Shown here in pieces: positions 36,862 to 49,387 of a DNA stretch of 62,000 bases (positions within the stretch are counted from its first letter, which is position 1; every line of letters starts with the position of its first letter). Position numbers and translations under genes: made by a program. The stretch spans positions 4,686,887 to 4,748,886 of the forward strand of contig NC_057753.1 of NCBI RefSeq assembly GCF_004010195.1, in the 5' to 3' direction. Source of the stretch: Chiloscyllium plagiosum (Eukaryota). The notes under the pieces are model-generated. The model saw only the letters and a list, made by a program, of their open reading frames with translations. It ran no database searches and was not told where the DNA came from.

Positions 36862-38145
36862 GAGCTTGAAGATTTGTCTTCGGACGTTTTGTCACCAAAC
36901 TAGGTAACATCATCAGTGAGAGTCTCCGGTGAAGCGCTGGTGGTATGTCCCACCTCTCTATTTATAGGTCTTGGTTTCTTAAGGTGGGTGATGTCATTTC
37001 TGGTTCTTTTTCTCAAGGAAGGTAGATAGGATCTAAATTGATGTGTTTATTGATGGAGCTCTGGTCAGATTAGATTAGATTAGATTAGATTAGGTTACTT
37101 ACAGTGTGGAAACAGGCCCTTCGGCCCAACAAGTCCACACCGACCCGCCGAAGCGAAACCCACCCATACCCCTACATTTACCCCTTACCTAACACTACGG
37201 GCAATTTAGTGTGGCCAATTCACCTGACCTGCACATCTTTGTGACTGTGGGAGGAAACCGGAGCACCCGGAGGAAACCCACGCAGACACAGGGAGAACGT
37301 GCAAACTCCACACAGTCAGTCGCCTGAGGCGGGAATTGAACCCGGGTCTCTGGCGCTGTGAGGCAGCAGTGCTAACCACTGTGCCACTGTGCCGCCCAAT
37401 GCCATGCCTCTAAGAATGCCATGCCTCTAAGAATTCTCATGCGTGTCTTATTTTTGCCTGTCCAAGATGTGTGTGTTGTCCCAGTCCAAGTGGTGACTTT
37501 CTTTCTCTGTATGTATAGAAACTAGTGGTAGTGGGTCGCGTCTTTCGGTGGCCAATTGGTGTTCATATATCCTGGTGGCAAGTTTCCTGCTTGTTTGTCT
37601 GATGTAGTGTTTCTTACAGTTCTTGCATGGTATCTTGTAAAGGACGTTAGTGTTGCTGAGAGTATCTAATGGACTCTTTACGTTCATTAGACGCTGTTTA
37701 AATGTGTGTTGGTAGGTTTGTGGACTACCATGATGCCAAGGGGTCTGAGTAGTCTGGAACTCATTTCTGATATGTCTTTGATGTAAGGTAATGTGGCTAT
37801 AGTTTTGGGTTGCGTTGTGTCTGCTTGTTTGAGTTTATTTCTGAGGAATCGGCGGATTGTGTTTATTGGATACTTGTTTTTCTTGAAAACATTGCAGAGA
37901 TATTTTTCTTCTGCTGTTTGTAGTTCTTGGGTGCTGCAGTGTGATGTAGCTCATTGAAATAATGTCTTGATGCAGCTCCGTTTGTGGGTGTTGGGATGAT
38001 TGCTTCTGAAGTGAAGTATTTGGTCCGTGTTTGTTGTTTTTCTATAGACACTAGTTTGAAGCTCTCCATTAACCGTACATTCAACTGTCATGTCTAGGAA
38101 TGGGAGTCTGTTGTCGTCGTCCTCATTTGTAAATTTTATGCAACA
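36862..38145 (-). mobile_element. Penelope-like element (RT C-terminus, GIY-YIG, terminal hammerhead)
   Basis: IKFT...LPFLD...VYRKTTNTD...SNHP (37951..38151); VLYKIPCKNCKKHYIRQT...RIYEH (37448..37687); minus CTGATGA (36916-36910)-GTTACC/GGTGAC-AAAA-CGTC. Confidence 0.92.
37067..37397 (-). mobile_element. HE1-like SINE, young, inside PLE
   Basis: Full length; followed by a 17-bp tandem duplication of host DNA (aatgccatgcctctaag twice). Confidence 0.95.
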
Positions 38146-38347
38146 GACCAAAGACTTAACTAGTGTGTCTCAGCTTCGAGCCCTTGGATAGAGATTTCCA
38201 AAGATTCATTACTCACTGATTGAAGAAATTCCTGCACATCTCGGGTTTCTAAACTCTATGAAATAGACCCAATTTACTCAATGTCTCTTCAGGACCCAAG
38301 ACCCTTATTAATAGATTAAACCTGGTCTCATGAGGGGCAGAGACAGA

Positions 38348-38959
38348 TGTAACTATTATACAGAAAAAGGAAATGATAGATAATAAAAGAACTTTCTAGC
38401 AATCTTCATGGTGGTGAGAAAGACTATGAGGTATGAGCAGGTAGGGAACGAGTTAAGTTTTGGGTTGTGTGAGACAAAGGTTCAGTTTGGATCAGATAAG
38501 AACTTGTAGTAAGCGATGAGGTGCTGGAGGCAAGGGGAGTGGTATAACTAAGGTGAAAAAGTATTAATTATGTAAAGTCAACTAACAAGGTGAAGAAACA
38601 TTCATTATGCAAAGTCAGTTAACACGGTGAAAGGCCTTCATTATGTGAAGCCAGTTAACAAGGTTAAGAACATTCACTGTGTCACACCAGATGGTTTAAT
38701 CTTTGTTATTGACACCCGCTGATTGTAACGGTCACCTAATCAATATGTATGTTGCCTTATCTGGATGCTCCTCCTGTAAATGACTGTATAATTCATTAAG
38801 AACTGGCTGTTCCAGAGAAGACGGAGAACTCATATCTCTGAGCACATGGGCGATCGTTCTCTCTCCCTCCAGGGCCCGGAATAAGGAGGTAAAACTATAC
38901 TGTGTCTCTGAGCGTTTTGCTTTGTCTGAGGCGGGAACGGGACCAGAGTGGGAGATACA
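38348..38959 (+). mobile_element. Probable solo LTR
   Basis: TGTA...TACA termini; near-TSD acaga/aaaga; four ~37-bp tandem repeats at 38545-38690; TATA-like about 38787. Confidence 0.6.
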
Positions 38960-39519
38960 AAAGAAAAATATTCTGGAAATAATGGTGAAACTGAGCGTCT
39001 ACTGAGAATGAGGAATTTAAAGGAATAGTATTTGAAAAACTAATGGAATTGAGTGGCGACAAATCCCCTGAACTTGCCTCCTGATGATACAAACTTTTGG
39101 TGGAGCAGCAAGAGGACTCCCAAAAGCTGTAAAAGGATGTAGACAGGTTGAGTGAATGGATAAAAACAAGGCAGATGGAATACAATGAGGTCCACTTTGT
39201 TAGAGTAGGTCAAACAGCGGAATATTCTGCATTGAAAGGGACCTGGGTACCCCTGTACACAAGTAACAGATGATCAAGATGTAGCTTTCATTCCATTAGT
39301 GCTCTGGCCTAATACAGATTCTTGGCTCATTGTTAACGTTCATCCTGAGCTGTTTTCCTGACAGTTTTCATCCACAGAGGATAGTGATCCCACTCTCAGG
39401 AGCAAGGATGTGAATGAGAGTGAGAGGAAGAATTGAATTACACACTGATAATCAAGACAACTGTGCTAACTACCCCCTTGCAAACACTAGGAAGAACAAT
39501 TGGTAGCTCAGTTTTTATT

Positions 39520-39830
39520 ACAAAGTGATAGGGCAGCACAGTGGCTAGCATTGTTGCGTCACAGCACCGAGTTTGACTCCAGCCTTGGTGACTATCTGTG
39601 TGGAGTTTGCAAGTTCTCCCCGTGTCTGCATGGGTTTCCTCCCGGTGCTCCAGTTACATCCCACGGTCCAAAGATGAGCATATTAAGTGGATTGACCAAG
39701 TTAAATTGCCCATAGAACGCAGGGATGCTCAGGTTAGGTGGATTAGCCATGGAAAGGTAGGGTAACAGGGATAGGGTGTCAGCCTGATGGGATGAATAGC
39801 CTGCTCCCGCACTGTAGGGATTCCATAGGA
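39520..39830 (+). mobile_element. Older HE1-like SINE
   Basis: Diverged head, V-domain and ctgtagggatt tail. Confidence 0.85.
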
Positions 39831-40294
39831 TTGAAAATGTCTTGCTGTAATTATACAGGGCAATAGCTGAGACCAAATCTGGAGTGCTGTGCGAAAGTTT
39901 ACTCTTCTTACCAAAGGAGGGATAGATTTGGGAAGTATACGATTGATTCACAGGAAGGGTTCCTGGGGTAGGGGTCTTGAGTCATGAAGAGACATTGAAT
40001 AAAGTGGGGCTATATCATGGGGTTTGGGAATCTGAATTGCGGAGGAAATCCTTCATTCAGATTGTGATGAATTTTTGGCATTCTCTACCTAAGAGGGCTC
40101 AAAGCTAAGTCATTAAGGCATATTAAAGACAGAAAGTGACAGATTTCTGGAGACGACAGACATCAGTGGATATGAAGACAGTGTGGGGAAGTAGTGATCA
40201 GTAGAAAATAAACCATAATCTTAATGAATGGTGGAACAGATTCAATGGGGTGAATAGCCTACGAATTAGAATATCAGAATAAGTGGTCAACCGA

Positions 40295-40635
40295 GGGGTG
40301 GCTTAGTGATTAGCACTGGTGCCTCACAGTCCCAGGGACCTGGGTTTGATTCCAGTCTTGGGATGACTGTCTGTGTGGCGTTTGCGTGTTTTCCCTGTGT
40401 CTGCGTGGGCTTCCTCTAGGTGTTCTGGTTTCCTCCCACTATCCAGAGATGTGCAAGTTAGGTGAATTGGCCGTGCTAAACTGCCTACAGTGTTCAGGGA
40501 TTTGTGGTGAATTAATCAGGGGTAAATGTAGAGTAATAGGGTAGGGGAACAGGTGTGGGTGGGTTAGTCTTTGAAGGGTTAATGTGGTCTTGTTGGGCCG
40601 AATGGCCTGTTTCCACATTATAGGGATTCTATGTT
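40295..40635 (+). mobile_element. HE1-like SINE amid decayed CR1 tails
   Basis: Head gtggcttagtgattagcac, box B ggtttgattcc, tail gggattctatg. Confidence 0.88.
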
Positions 40636-41249
40636 TCTGTGAATTTAAGACTGAGGTGAGGAGTGATTTCTTCACTCTAAAGGATGTCAACCTGTGGACT
40701 ATCTCCCCCAGGGTGCTGTCGGGGCTCAATAATCGAAAAGATTTAAGGCTCCAGTCAATACGTTTTTGGGTCCAAAGGGATATGTGTCGGGTGGAGCTGA
40801 GCTGTAATTTCAGCCATGATCGTACCTAATGACAATGCAGGTTCAAAGGACTTAATGGGCAACTCGTGATCCCGTTTCTGATGTTCATGAAACCTCAGTC
40901 TGGATCTGTCAAAACCGCTGAGATAGCGAATTCGTGCTTTCCTGAGAAAACCACCAAGATTTCAGGCCACAAACGTTGATTATTGTTGTCAAATTGCAGT
41001 GAAATGTCGGCAGAGACGTTTGTTTTTAAAGGAGACATGTAAATATAATGAGACTTATCCAGCAGTTCAACTGTAATGGGGAGAATAAATTCATAAACCA
41101 AGGATCAAAGATACCGCAGGCCAGTGACAGATTCGCTGTGAATCAGCACCAACGAGTGCTGAGTGTTCATCACAGCATGGATCGGAGTTTGAGGCGATCA
41201 ACTGATGAGTTTTTAACGAGTAAGAATTCCTTTAATGTATTATTATTAT

Positions 41250-42170
41250 TATTTAGTCATGGAATGTAGGTATCATTAGCTGGACGAGCACGTATTACCC
41301 ATCATACTGTCCTGTGAGAAGATGGTGGCTGCTCTCACTGCACTGTAGGGATACCCAGAATGCTGTTCGGAAGGTAGATCTAGCCTCAGGACTGGTGAAG
41401 CGATGCCAATACAGTTGCAACTCAGGGAGGTCTATGGCCTGGACAGGAACCTGCAGATGGTGGGGTTTCCTCCTCCTTTGAGGTGGTCCTGATCGTGGGT
41501 TTGGAAGGTGCAGTTGAATGAGTCGGAGTGAACTGCTGCAGCGCATCTTGTAGATGTCAGATATTTCTGCTACTGTAATGGTAGTGAGGGTCTGAATGTT
41601 GAATATATTAGATGAAATGACAGGCTGTTTCATTCTGACATTTGTCAAGCATCTTGAGTGTTGTTGGAACTACACTATTCTAGGTAAGTGGAACATATTT
41701 CACCATACTGCAGAATTGTGACTCGTAGATGGTAGGAGTCAGGAGGTGAGTTACTCACTGCAGGATTCCAAGCCTCTGAATTGTTTTTCTAACCACTATA
41801 TTTATATGGCTGGTCCCATTCAGTTTCTGGTCAATGATAACTACCAGGATGTTCATAGTGAAGGATTCAGCATTGGAATGTCAAGGAATGATGGTTTTGT
41901 ACATTTTTTTGTCAGAGGTGGTCAATGCCTGACATTTGCGTGTTGAAAATGTTATTTCCCGAGCACCTAGTCTAAACCTGGAAGTTGTCCAGGTCTTGCT
42001 ACATTTAGACACGGGCTGCTTCAGTATCTGAGAAGTCTCAAATGCAGCTGAACTATCATCGTGATGTTCAATCATGAGTGAGCGTCCCTCCCTTGAACCT
42101 TGTGATGCAGGAAATGTCATTGGTGAAGCAGTTGAAAATAGCTGGATGAGGGCACTATCTGACACGTTCA
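41250..42170 (-). mobile_element. CR1/L2-group LINE 3' region (second family)
   Basis: Reverse-complement similarity to 8085-8750 and 29180-29600. Confidence 0.7.
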
Positions 42171-42205
42171 CAGCTTTGAACAGCCTTTCCGTAAAATAGC
42201 TCAAG

Positions 42206-42453
42206 AAAGTCAGGCAGCATCCTAAGAGCAGCCTCTTCCAAGGATGCCTACTTTGAAGATGTTCTCTTCTCTCTCTGCAAGGATCTCAGTGAGTCTGTGA
42301 CTGCACCCCCCCTCCCCACCCCTCTCAGGTCAACTTCTCTGCCCTGAAGCTCTTGATTCTCCAGCTCCTTGGATGCTGCCTGAACTGCTGTACTTTTCCA
42401 GCACCACGCTCTCGACTCTGATCTCCAGCGTCTGCAGTCCTCACTTCCTCCCT
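42206..42453 (+). mobile_element. PLE-terminus insert with 15-bp TSD
   Basis: gtaaaatagctcaag (42191-42205) / gtaaaatggctcaag (42454-42468); short inverted start. Confidence 0.75.
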
Positions 42454-42860
42454 GTAAAATGGCTCAAGGATAATTACGATAGCAACATTCAGAGCTTTCA
42501 CAGCCTCATCCTACAGATACAGAACACTTCTTCTTGTTAATGTACAGCTACAGGTCTGCACTCTGACGGGTTCATTGCTCATCTTCAGCTCAAGACAGTT
42601 CCAAATTTAAATTTAAAAATGATGCTTGCAGAAAGAATGATGTGCTCTTGTAAAAATGAGAGATGTTGAGGGATCATGCTTATTCTAAAAGGGACAACTG
42701 AGATCAGAATGAAAATGGTTTAGTTCTAGATGTGTTGAATAGCAGCCATAACCAGATCCCAAACTCTGCTGTTACTGGTGAGCTCACTGATGTCTCAGCA
42801 GGTTGGATGCTGGACTATATCCCTTCCTACACAAGGAGCAGATGAATGGGCTCTCCCCAA
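42454..42860 (-). pseudogene. ZNF 3'-end relic (last finger plus 3' UTR)
   Basis: Minus strand ggggagagcccattcatctgc...aacctgctgagacatcagtgagctcac; the 3' UTR is paralogous to 43030-43350. Confidence 0.75.
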
Positions 42861-43530
42861 ACTATAAATGGAATCACAGTTGTCCAGCAGTTCAGCAATA
42901 AAAGGGAGAGAAACTTCAAAAAACAAGGAACAAAGGTGCCACAGGCTAGTCAGTGATTCACAATTAACCAGACTTTAAGAGGATTCCTTCAATATCTGAG
43001 AGATTAACAGTTTTGAACAGGCTGCCTGTCAAATAGCTCCAGGTGAGATTGCCAACATTCAGAGTTTATACAGCCTCATCCCCAAATTACAGAACACACT
43101 GTCTCCTGTCAGTACAAAGCTAAAGGATTGGATTATTATTTACTGTCAATTCAATTTTTATCCGAGAGGATTTAAACGTAAAAATGATATTTGAAGACAT
43201 AATGGTCTATTCACACACGAGTAAGAGGTGTTTCAGGGCACCATTGGCTAATGAGACCAGAAACAAACCCCCACTATCAGAATGAACATGGTTCAGTCTT
43301 CGATATGATTAACAGGAGAATCCAAACCCAGCTGTCACTAATGAACTTGATGATAAACAAGAGAATCCTTTGCAAATGACCATTCTGTAAGGTGTTGTGA
43401 GGCCCTGTGATTGCCTAAACCCAGTCCCAACGTGAGAGGACTGAACACTTTCTCATCAGTGAAAGTATTGATGGGGCATCAGTTCATCAGATCTGTTAAA
43501 GTGCTGCCCACAGTGTTGACGTTCACTAGG

Positions 43531-44406
43531 TTACTCCATGTTGTGAACCCGCTGGTGTCTCAGCAGGTGGGACGATCGAGTGAATCCCCTCCCGCACTCA
43601 GAACAGGCAAATGGTCTCTCACCAGTGTGGACTCGCTTGTGTAACACGAGGTTGGAGGAGTGTGTGAATCTCTTTCCACACTCTGAGCAAGTGAATGGCT
43701 TCTCCCCAGTGTGAATTCGCCGGTGCTCGGCGAGTTGAGACGAGCCCCTGAACCCAGTCCCGCAGTGAGAGCACCTGAACGGTCTCTCATCAGTGTGAAC
43801 GCGTTGATGGTAAATCAGTTCTGCAGAACTTTTAAAGCATTTCTCACAGTCTGGGCACATAAAGGGTCTCTCCCCAGTGTGAATCCGCTGATGTGTCAGC
43901 AGGTGGGTTGACCGGGTGAATCCCTTCCCACACTCAGAGCAGGAGAACGGCCTCTCCCCGGTGTGGATTCGCCGGTGTATAGCGAGGTCAGATGATCGCC
44001 TGAAGCCAGTCCCACAGTGAGGGCACCCGAATGGTCTCTCATCGGCATGAACCCGTTGATGGTACACCAGTTCGTCGGACCTTTTGAAGCATTTCTCACA
44101 GTCTGGGCATTGAAAAGGTCGCTCCCCGGTGTGAATTCGCTTGTGTGTTACGAGGTGGGATGATCGGGTGAATCCCTTCCCACACATAGAACAAATGAAT
44201 GGTCTCTCTCCAGTGTGAACACGTTGGTGTGTCCGCAGGGTCGTTGAGCATGCGAATCCCTTACCACACTCAGGGCACATGAACGGCCTCTCCCCAGTGT
44301 GACTGCGCCGATGAGTTTCCAACGCGGACGGGGATCTGAATCCCTTCCCGCAGTCCTCACATCTCCACAGTTTCTCCCCAGGGTCAATGCTGCTCTCTCC
44401 TTCCAT
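43531..44406 (-). CDS. C2H2 zinc-finger protein ZNF-B (10 fingers)
   Basis: Open ORF from ATG 44406 (the track's 44412 start is TTG); 10 canonical fingers; acceptor candidates at about 44552 and 44533. Confidence 0.93.
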   Translation of the reverse strand: MEGESSIDPGEKLWRCEDCGKGFRSPSALETHRRSHTGERPFMCPECGKGFACSTTLRTHQRVHTGERPFICSMCGKGFTRSSHLVTHKRIHTGERPFQCPDCEKCFKRSDELVYHQRVHADERPFGCPHCGTGFRRSSDLAIHRRIHTGERPFSCSECGKGFTRSTHLLTHQRIHTGERPFMCPDCEKCFKSSAELIYHQRVHTDERPFRCSHCGTGFRGSSQLAEHRRIHTGEKPFTCSECGKRFTHSSNLVLHKRVHTGERPFACSECGRGFTRSSHLLRHQRVHNME

Positions 44407-44599
44407 GTTCAAAAGGAGGAAGATTAACCAGGTCGAGATAAAATCAGTCTCTCTCTGTCAGAGCCAGAGTTGAGACGCGTTTTCATTTTCCCCGTCTGCA
44501 AATGGTTCTTATTTTATATTCTTTATGGACAACTACAAAAAAAAACCCTTACTGTAAATTAAATGACAGAAATTCAGAAGAGCCAAACATTTCCTGCAG

Positions 44600-44995
44600 T
44601 CTGAATGTGCGCCCTGGGGCACACTGCCCCTCATAAACATGGCAGCCCCGCGGAACATTGCCCCCAATAAATATGGCGACCGGTTTTTTTTTCACCGCCG
44701 TTTGATGCAAACGCGGGGTCGGACGTTTCTAATTTGCATCCAGAAGTCTACATTATGTGTTTATTTTTTTAAAAAAAATCTCCAGTCCATAATAGTTTCT
44801 CCCATTCACTGCTGTCCGTCCCCCTTTACCGTCCTCTTCACCTCCCGCCCTGGACAGACAGTGATCGCGGTGGCTTTGCGAAGTCGCTGCGGCGGCCCAG
44901 TGGTTCCGCCTGTCGTCCGCTCCGATTGGTTCGAGCCCAGACATCCGCCGCTTCTCATTGGTCCGAAGCCGCTGTCAATCAACTGGGATCTATTG
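44600..44995 (-). promoter_or_regulatory. CpG-island promoter of ZNF-B
   Basis: Minus-strand CCAAT boxes (attgg about 44925 and 44957); CpG-rich; two copies of the cluster motif at 44622-44680. Confidence 0.75.
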
Positions 44996-45029
44996 TGACG
45001 AGTGTCTCTTTCGCTGTTGCCCTGGGATG

Positions 45030-45371
45030 TACAAAGTTAAAAATCACACAACACCAGGTTATAGTCCAACAGGTCCAGTAAAACCTTTTTTAAAAAGGTT
45101 TTGTGATTTACACATGAAAGAAGTGAAACTATCACTGTATTCTAACAGATGAAAGGCTTAACAGACAATCAATTTTTCAATGTATAATTTCAGTTACATC
45201 ACACTGCAAATTTTTGCTATAAATTCTGTGTTACGATCGAGCCCTCCACAATCACCTGATGAAGGAGCGTCGCTCCGAAAGCTAGTGCTTCCAATTAAAC
45301 CTGTTGGACTATAGCCTGGTGTTGTGTGATTTTTAACGCTGTACACCCCAGTCCAACACCGGCATCTCCAA
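45030..45371 (+). mobile_element. PLE family-B mini-element with inverted ends, 11-bp TSD and hammerhead
   Basis: 45030-45073 is the inverse of about 45300-45343; TSD gccctgggatg at 45019-45029 and 45372-45382; cac-CTGATGA(45256)-a-GGAGC/GCTCC-GAAA-GCTA-gtg. Confidence 0.85.
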
Positions 45372-46399
45372 GCCCTGGGATGGGCTTCATCGTTCACAGT
45401 GAATCGTGCAAGCATTGGGTGGAATAGGGGCTGGTTGCCATTCAGCCCATTGTAACTGCCATCTATCCCTCTGGAAATACTGCAAACCTGACCTACTCCC
45501 CTTTTTCTTTGGCCAGAGCCCTCCAAATCTTTCCTTATTAAGTTGATTTCCTTTTGAGAATGACAGCGGAGTCTGTTTCCAGCTGCCGCTCAGTTTGTTC
45601 CAGTTTATCAAAACTCGTTTTGTAAAATTATCTCCACATGCATTATTTGGAAACTGCCTTCAGTGCTTTCCGAACATTCGGCCAGTGTTTTTATTTACTT
45701 TTTTCTCTCCATCTGTGCACATGAGATCTTCTAGAAATAAATGAACACCGCCTGAAAATCACCGCTTATCCTTCTCTGGAGAGAATTATCTGAGCTTCTG
45801 TCTCACACAACAGAAGCCCCTCTTTTTTTCATTCATTCACTGAGCAGCATTTATTGTCCATCTGTGGTAGGTAGTAGTGTTGCCTTGATTCTATTGCTCT
45901 TGTCCTTCTTATTTGGAGATGTTATGGGTTGGAAGATGCTGTTAGAGGAGATTTGGTGAGTTGCTTGTCAGTGGTCAAGAGATAATGTTGAAGCTACTGG
46001 ATGGGATGTCAGTCAAGCATGCTGCTTTTAACTGGATAGTGTTAAGTTTTGCCTGATACTATTCTGGCAAATATTTTCTGTGCCATCTCAGAGACTTTGT
46101 CACTTTTCTCTTGGTGTGATAGTCAGAATTGAACACAATATTTCTGCTGAGGCAGAGTCAGTGAGTTGGAAAGATTCAGGATAATTCTCTTGCTTTCATA
46201 CACTATGCTTCAGAGAAGAAAGTGTTATATGAACAGCTTGATCACCAGTCATATTCATAGATTTATGTCTACACACTCCATGGACACACTGCCTAAAATT
46301 ATATGACTAAGTTTATTCTGTCTCATTTCCTTCATTCTTTCAAAAGCCGTCATCGACTGTGAATCATTTTGGGGTGCTCTCAACACATGCACAATTTAG

Positions 46400-47300
46400 A
46401 GACCAGAACAGGAATAATAGATATCTCAAAGGACTTTGCAATATTGGTGGAGGGGGGAGGTTGCAAAACTGGAGATTACAGATCCAGAGAGTGACACAGT
46501 TCATGGAGAGTGGAATATTACAGGCCCTGGAGTGAATTTCAAAACAAAATGGCAATCTAAAGACACAATTTAACCATAATCTAATTAAAGTGAGTGTTAG
46601 AGTGTTGGCAAAATGGGTCTTTGTATGAGAAAGTACACAGGCAGCAGAGTTGATCTTCTTGATTTTCAACTCAGATAAGTTTCTGCTCATCCAAAACGGT
46701 GTGGAGAATAAGCAGTTTGAGAGTTCAGTGGAGGAATGGTGAAGTAGAGCTGGACATTATCAGTGCACACGTGAAAACTAACAGAGTGCTTTTGGATGAT
46801 GTCACCTAACAGTGGCAGGTGGATGAAAAATAGGAGTTATCAAGGATAGATCTTTGGGGGACACCAAGACTTTGGAGAGGGAAGGGAGGGTGGAGATGGG
46901 GCAAAAGTATGAAGGCATGTTATGGTCAGGGTTCTTTGTTTGAAGATGAGTGATGATGCATATTTAAAGGTGAGAGGGACAAAAGCAGGAGAGAGGGAAC
47001 TTTTTGCAACATCAACTAACAGCTGAATGATCACTGAATAGGGTCGGGGAGAAAGAGGAAGGTTTACACCAAAGTGAACACTGACAGAGTCTGAGGCAAG
47101 ACAGGATAGAATGAGGAGAAAGATGCCAGGTTCGGATTACAACAAGGGGGAGATTAAGAGACTGTTTGGCTTAGTACCGAGTGGAAAGGAGGCAGTAAAT
47201 CAGATTGTATCAATCTTATTGACAAAGACGATCCATAAATTCCTCATGTTTTGTCGGAGGTGAGGATTGAGGAGGCAAGGAAGAGGGAGACGCCTTCAAA
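46400..47300 (-). mobile_element. Old L2-like LINE fragments
   Basis: ORF 46364..46690 NSAACVLSHTK...RL resembles the L2 ORF2 C-terminus; heavily decayed. Confidence 0.55.
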
Positions 47301-47483
47301 AGCAAATAATTTGTTTTCGCAAAATTAAAGACTCCACGCATACCATGTTTAACATGACCTTGATTTACTTGAGCTTTATGCTGATAGTAATCTCTAAAAC
47401 TAGACTGGAATTTATTAACAGCAGCAGAAGCAGACCCCAATGAACATGGCTCAGTACTGGATGTGACCCACAGCAAAATTCAG

Positions 47484-48362
47484 TCATTGTGGTTGCTTGT
47501 GAACTCGCTGGTGCCTCAGCAGGTTGGACGAATTAATGAATCCCTTACCACACTCAGAGCATGTGAATGGCCTTTCCCCAGTGTGAGTGCGCCGATGTAT
47601 CACCAAGATGGATGAACGCGTGAATCCCTTTCCACACTCTAAGCAGATGAAGAGCCTCCCTCCAGTGTGAACCCGCTGGTGGGTGAGCAGATGGGATGAC
47701 CGAGTGAATCCTGTCCCACACTCAGTGCAGGTGAATGGCCTCTCCTCGGTGTGAATTCGCTGGTGAACAGCGAGTTGAGATGATCGCTTGAATCCAGTCC
47801 CACAGTGGGAGCACCTGAACGGTCTCTCGTCAGTGTGGAGGCGTTGATGTCGCATCAGTTCCCCAGAACTTTTAAAGCATTTCCCACAGTCTGGGCATTT
47901 AAAAGGTCTTTCGTCAGTGTGAACACGTTGGTGTGCGAGGAGATTTGTTAACTGAGAGCATGACTTCCCACAGTCAGAGCAGATGAACGGTCTCTCCCCA
48001 GTGTGAACCCGCTGGTGTGTCTGCAGGGCAGAGGACTGAGTGAATCCCTTCCCACAGTCAGGACAAGTAAACGGTCTCTCCCCAGTGTGAACCCGCTGGT
48101 GTGTCTTTAGGGTGGACAATTGAGAGAATCCCTTTCCACACTCAGAGCAGGTGAACGGCCGCTCCCCTGTGTGACTGCGCTGATGAGTGTCCAGCTCAGA
48201 TGGGGATTTGAATCCCTTCCCACAGTCTCCACATTTCCATGGTTTACCCCCGCTGTGGCTGCAGTCATGTTCGGACAGGCCCGGTGATTGGCTGAAGCTG
48301 GGCCCACACACACAACACGAATCTGATTGCTCACTACAGTGAAGGGCGCTGTTTCCTTCCAT
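47484..48362 (-). CDS. C2H2 zinc-finger protein ZNF-C (10 fingers)
   Basis: 292-aa open [11 protein letters not shown]...; 10 C2H2-spaced units; acceptor tttcacAG at 48475-48474. Confidence 0.93.
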   Translation of the reverse strand: MEGNSALHCSEQSDSCCVCGPSFSQSPGLSEHDCSHSGGKPWKCGDCGKGFKSPSELDTHQRSHTGERPFTCSECGKGFSQLSTLKTHQRVHTGERPFTCPDCGKGFTQSSALQTHQRVHTGERPFICSDCGKSCSQLTNLLAHQRVHTDERPFKCPDCGKCFKSSGELMRHQRLHTDERPFRCSHCGTGFKRSSQLAVHQRIHTEERPFTCTECGTGFTRSSHLLTHQRVHTGGRLFICLECGKGFTRSSILVIHRRTHTGERPFTCSECGKGFINSSNLLRHQRVHKQPQ

Positions 48363-49387
48363 GTTTAAAATCCAGTGATCTTAAAAGGTTCCAACGAATT
48401 GGGCAACTTCATCAGATCCTAATATGATTTCGGTTTCACCTTTCCGACCTCAAATCCTCCCACTTAATATCTCCTGTGAAACTGTTCTAAAACAGAAAGC
48501 TGAGAGTGAGAGGAAAACCCACCAAAAACACAAACGCATGTTGTGAAACTCAGTGGAATGACTCCAGTCATCTGTGGGACATGCACGAGAAATAGTGACT
48601 ACAAAAGCTGTTGATTGTCATAAAAACTAAACACGTTTGCCAATGTCTTCTAGAAAAGGGAACCTACAGCCCAGTCTGGATTTACACCAGACACTTGTCT
48701 CGATGGGAGGACAGGAAGATAGATATGGGAGTGGCAGAGGGATTTTATGTATTTGCAACTTGACTGGAATTCAGACGGAATCTCCCACTTCCGCAACCTC
48801 CATGATCTGGAAGGACCAGGGTAGCAGGTCTAGGTGAACACCATCAGCTCCAGGTCATACACCATCCTGATTTGTCTGACCTCCAGTTCTGGATAAGTGG
48901 AAAGTTCCTCCGTTTAAATATTAGGAAGACGGAAGCCACTGTCTCAGCCTTCACAACAAACTTTTCTCCCTCACCACTGCCCCCATCCCTGACCTTGGTA
49001 ACTGTATGAGGCTGAAACAGATTGTAAACAACTATTACAAAATGTTTCACTCTAAGATGAGCTTCTAGCCACACATTCCATTATCACCAAATTGCCTGTA
49101 TCCACATGGCTCCCCTCCCTATCTCTGTAACCTCCTGCAGACTCAACACTGTAGGTCTCTGTAGGAGTAACTACCCTCCACCCTAGTCTCAACTTTTCTG
49201 GTGAAACTTTTGTTTATGTCCAGACTAAACTATCCTAACACACTCCCAGCCAGCCTTCCACATTCAACCTCCCTATAATCTCGAGGTCATCCAAACGCTG
49301 GCTGGCCATGTGTCGTCTTGCACGCGTTTTCTTCATCCACCACCAGTCTGTTCACTGACATATCTGTTTAACAAGCTCTAGTGTTTT

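Noticed and set aside
45030..45345. MITE or DNA transposon with TIRs
   Set aside because: The inverted ends are a partial inverted copy of a PLE terminus that also occurs singly (855-1017, about 60630); the long TSD and hammerhead fit Penelope.
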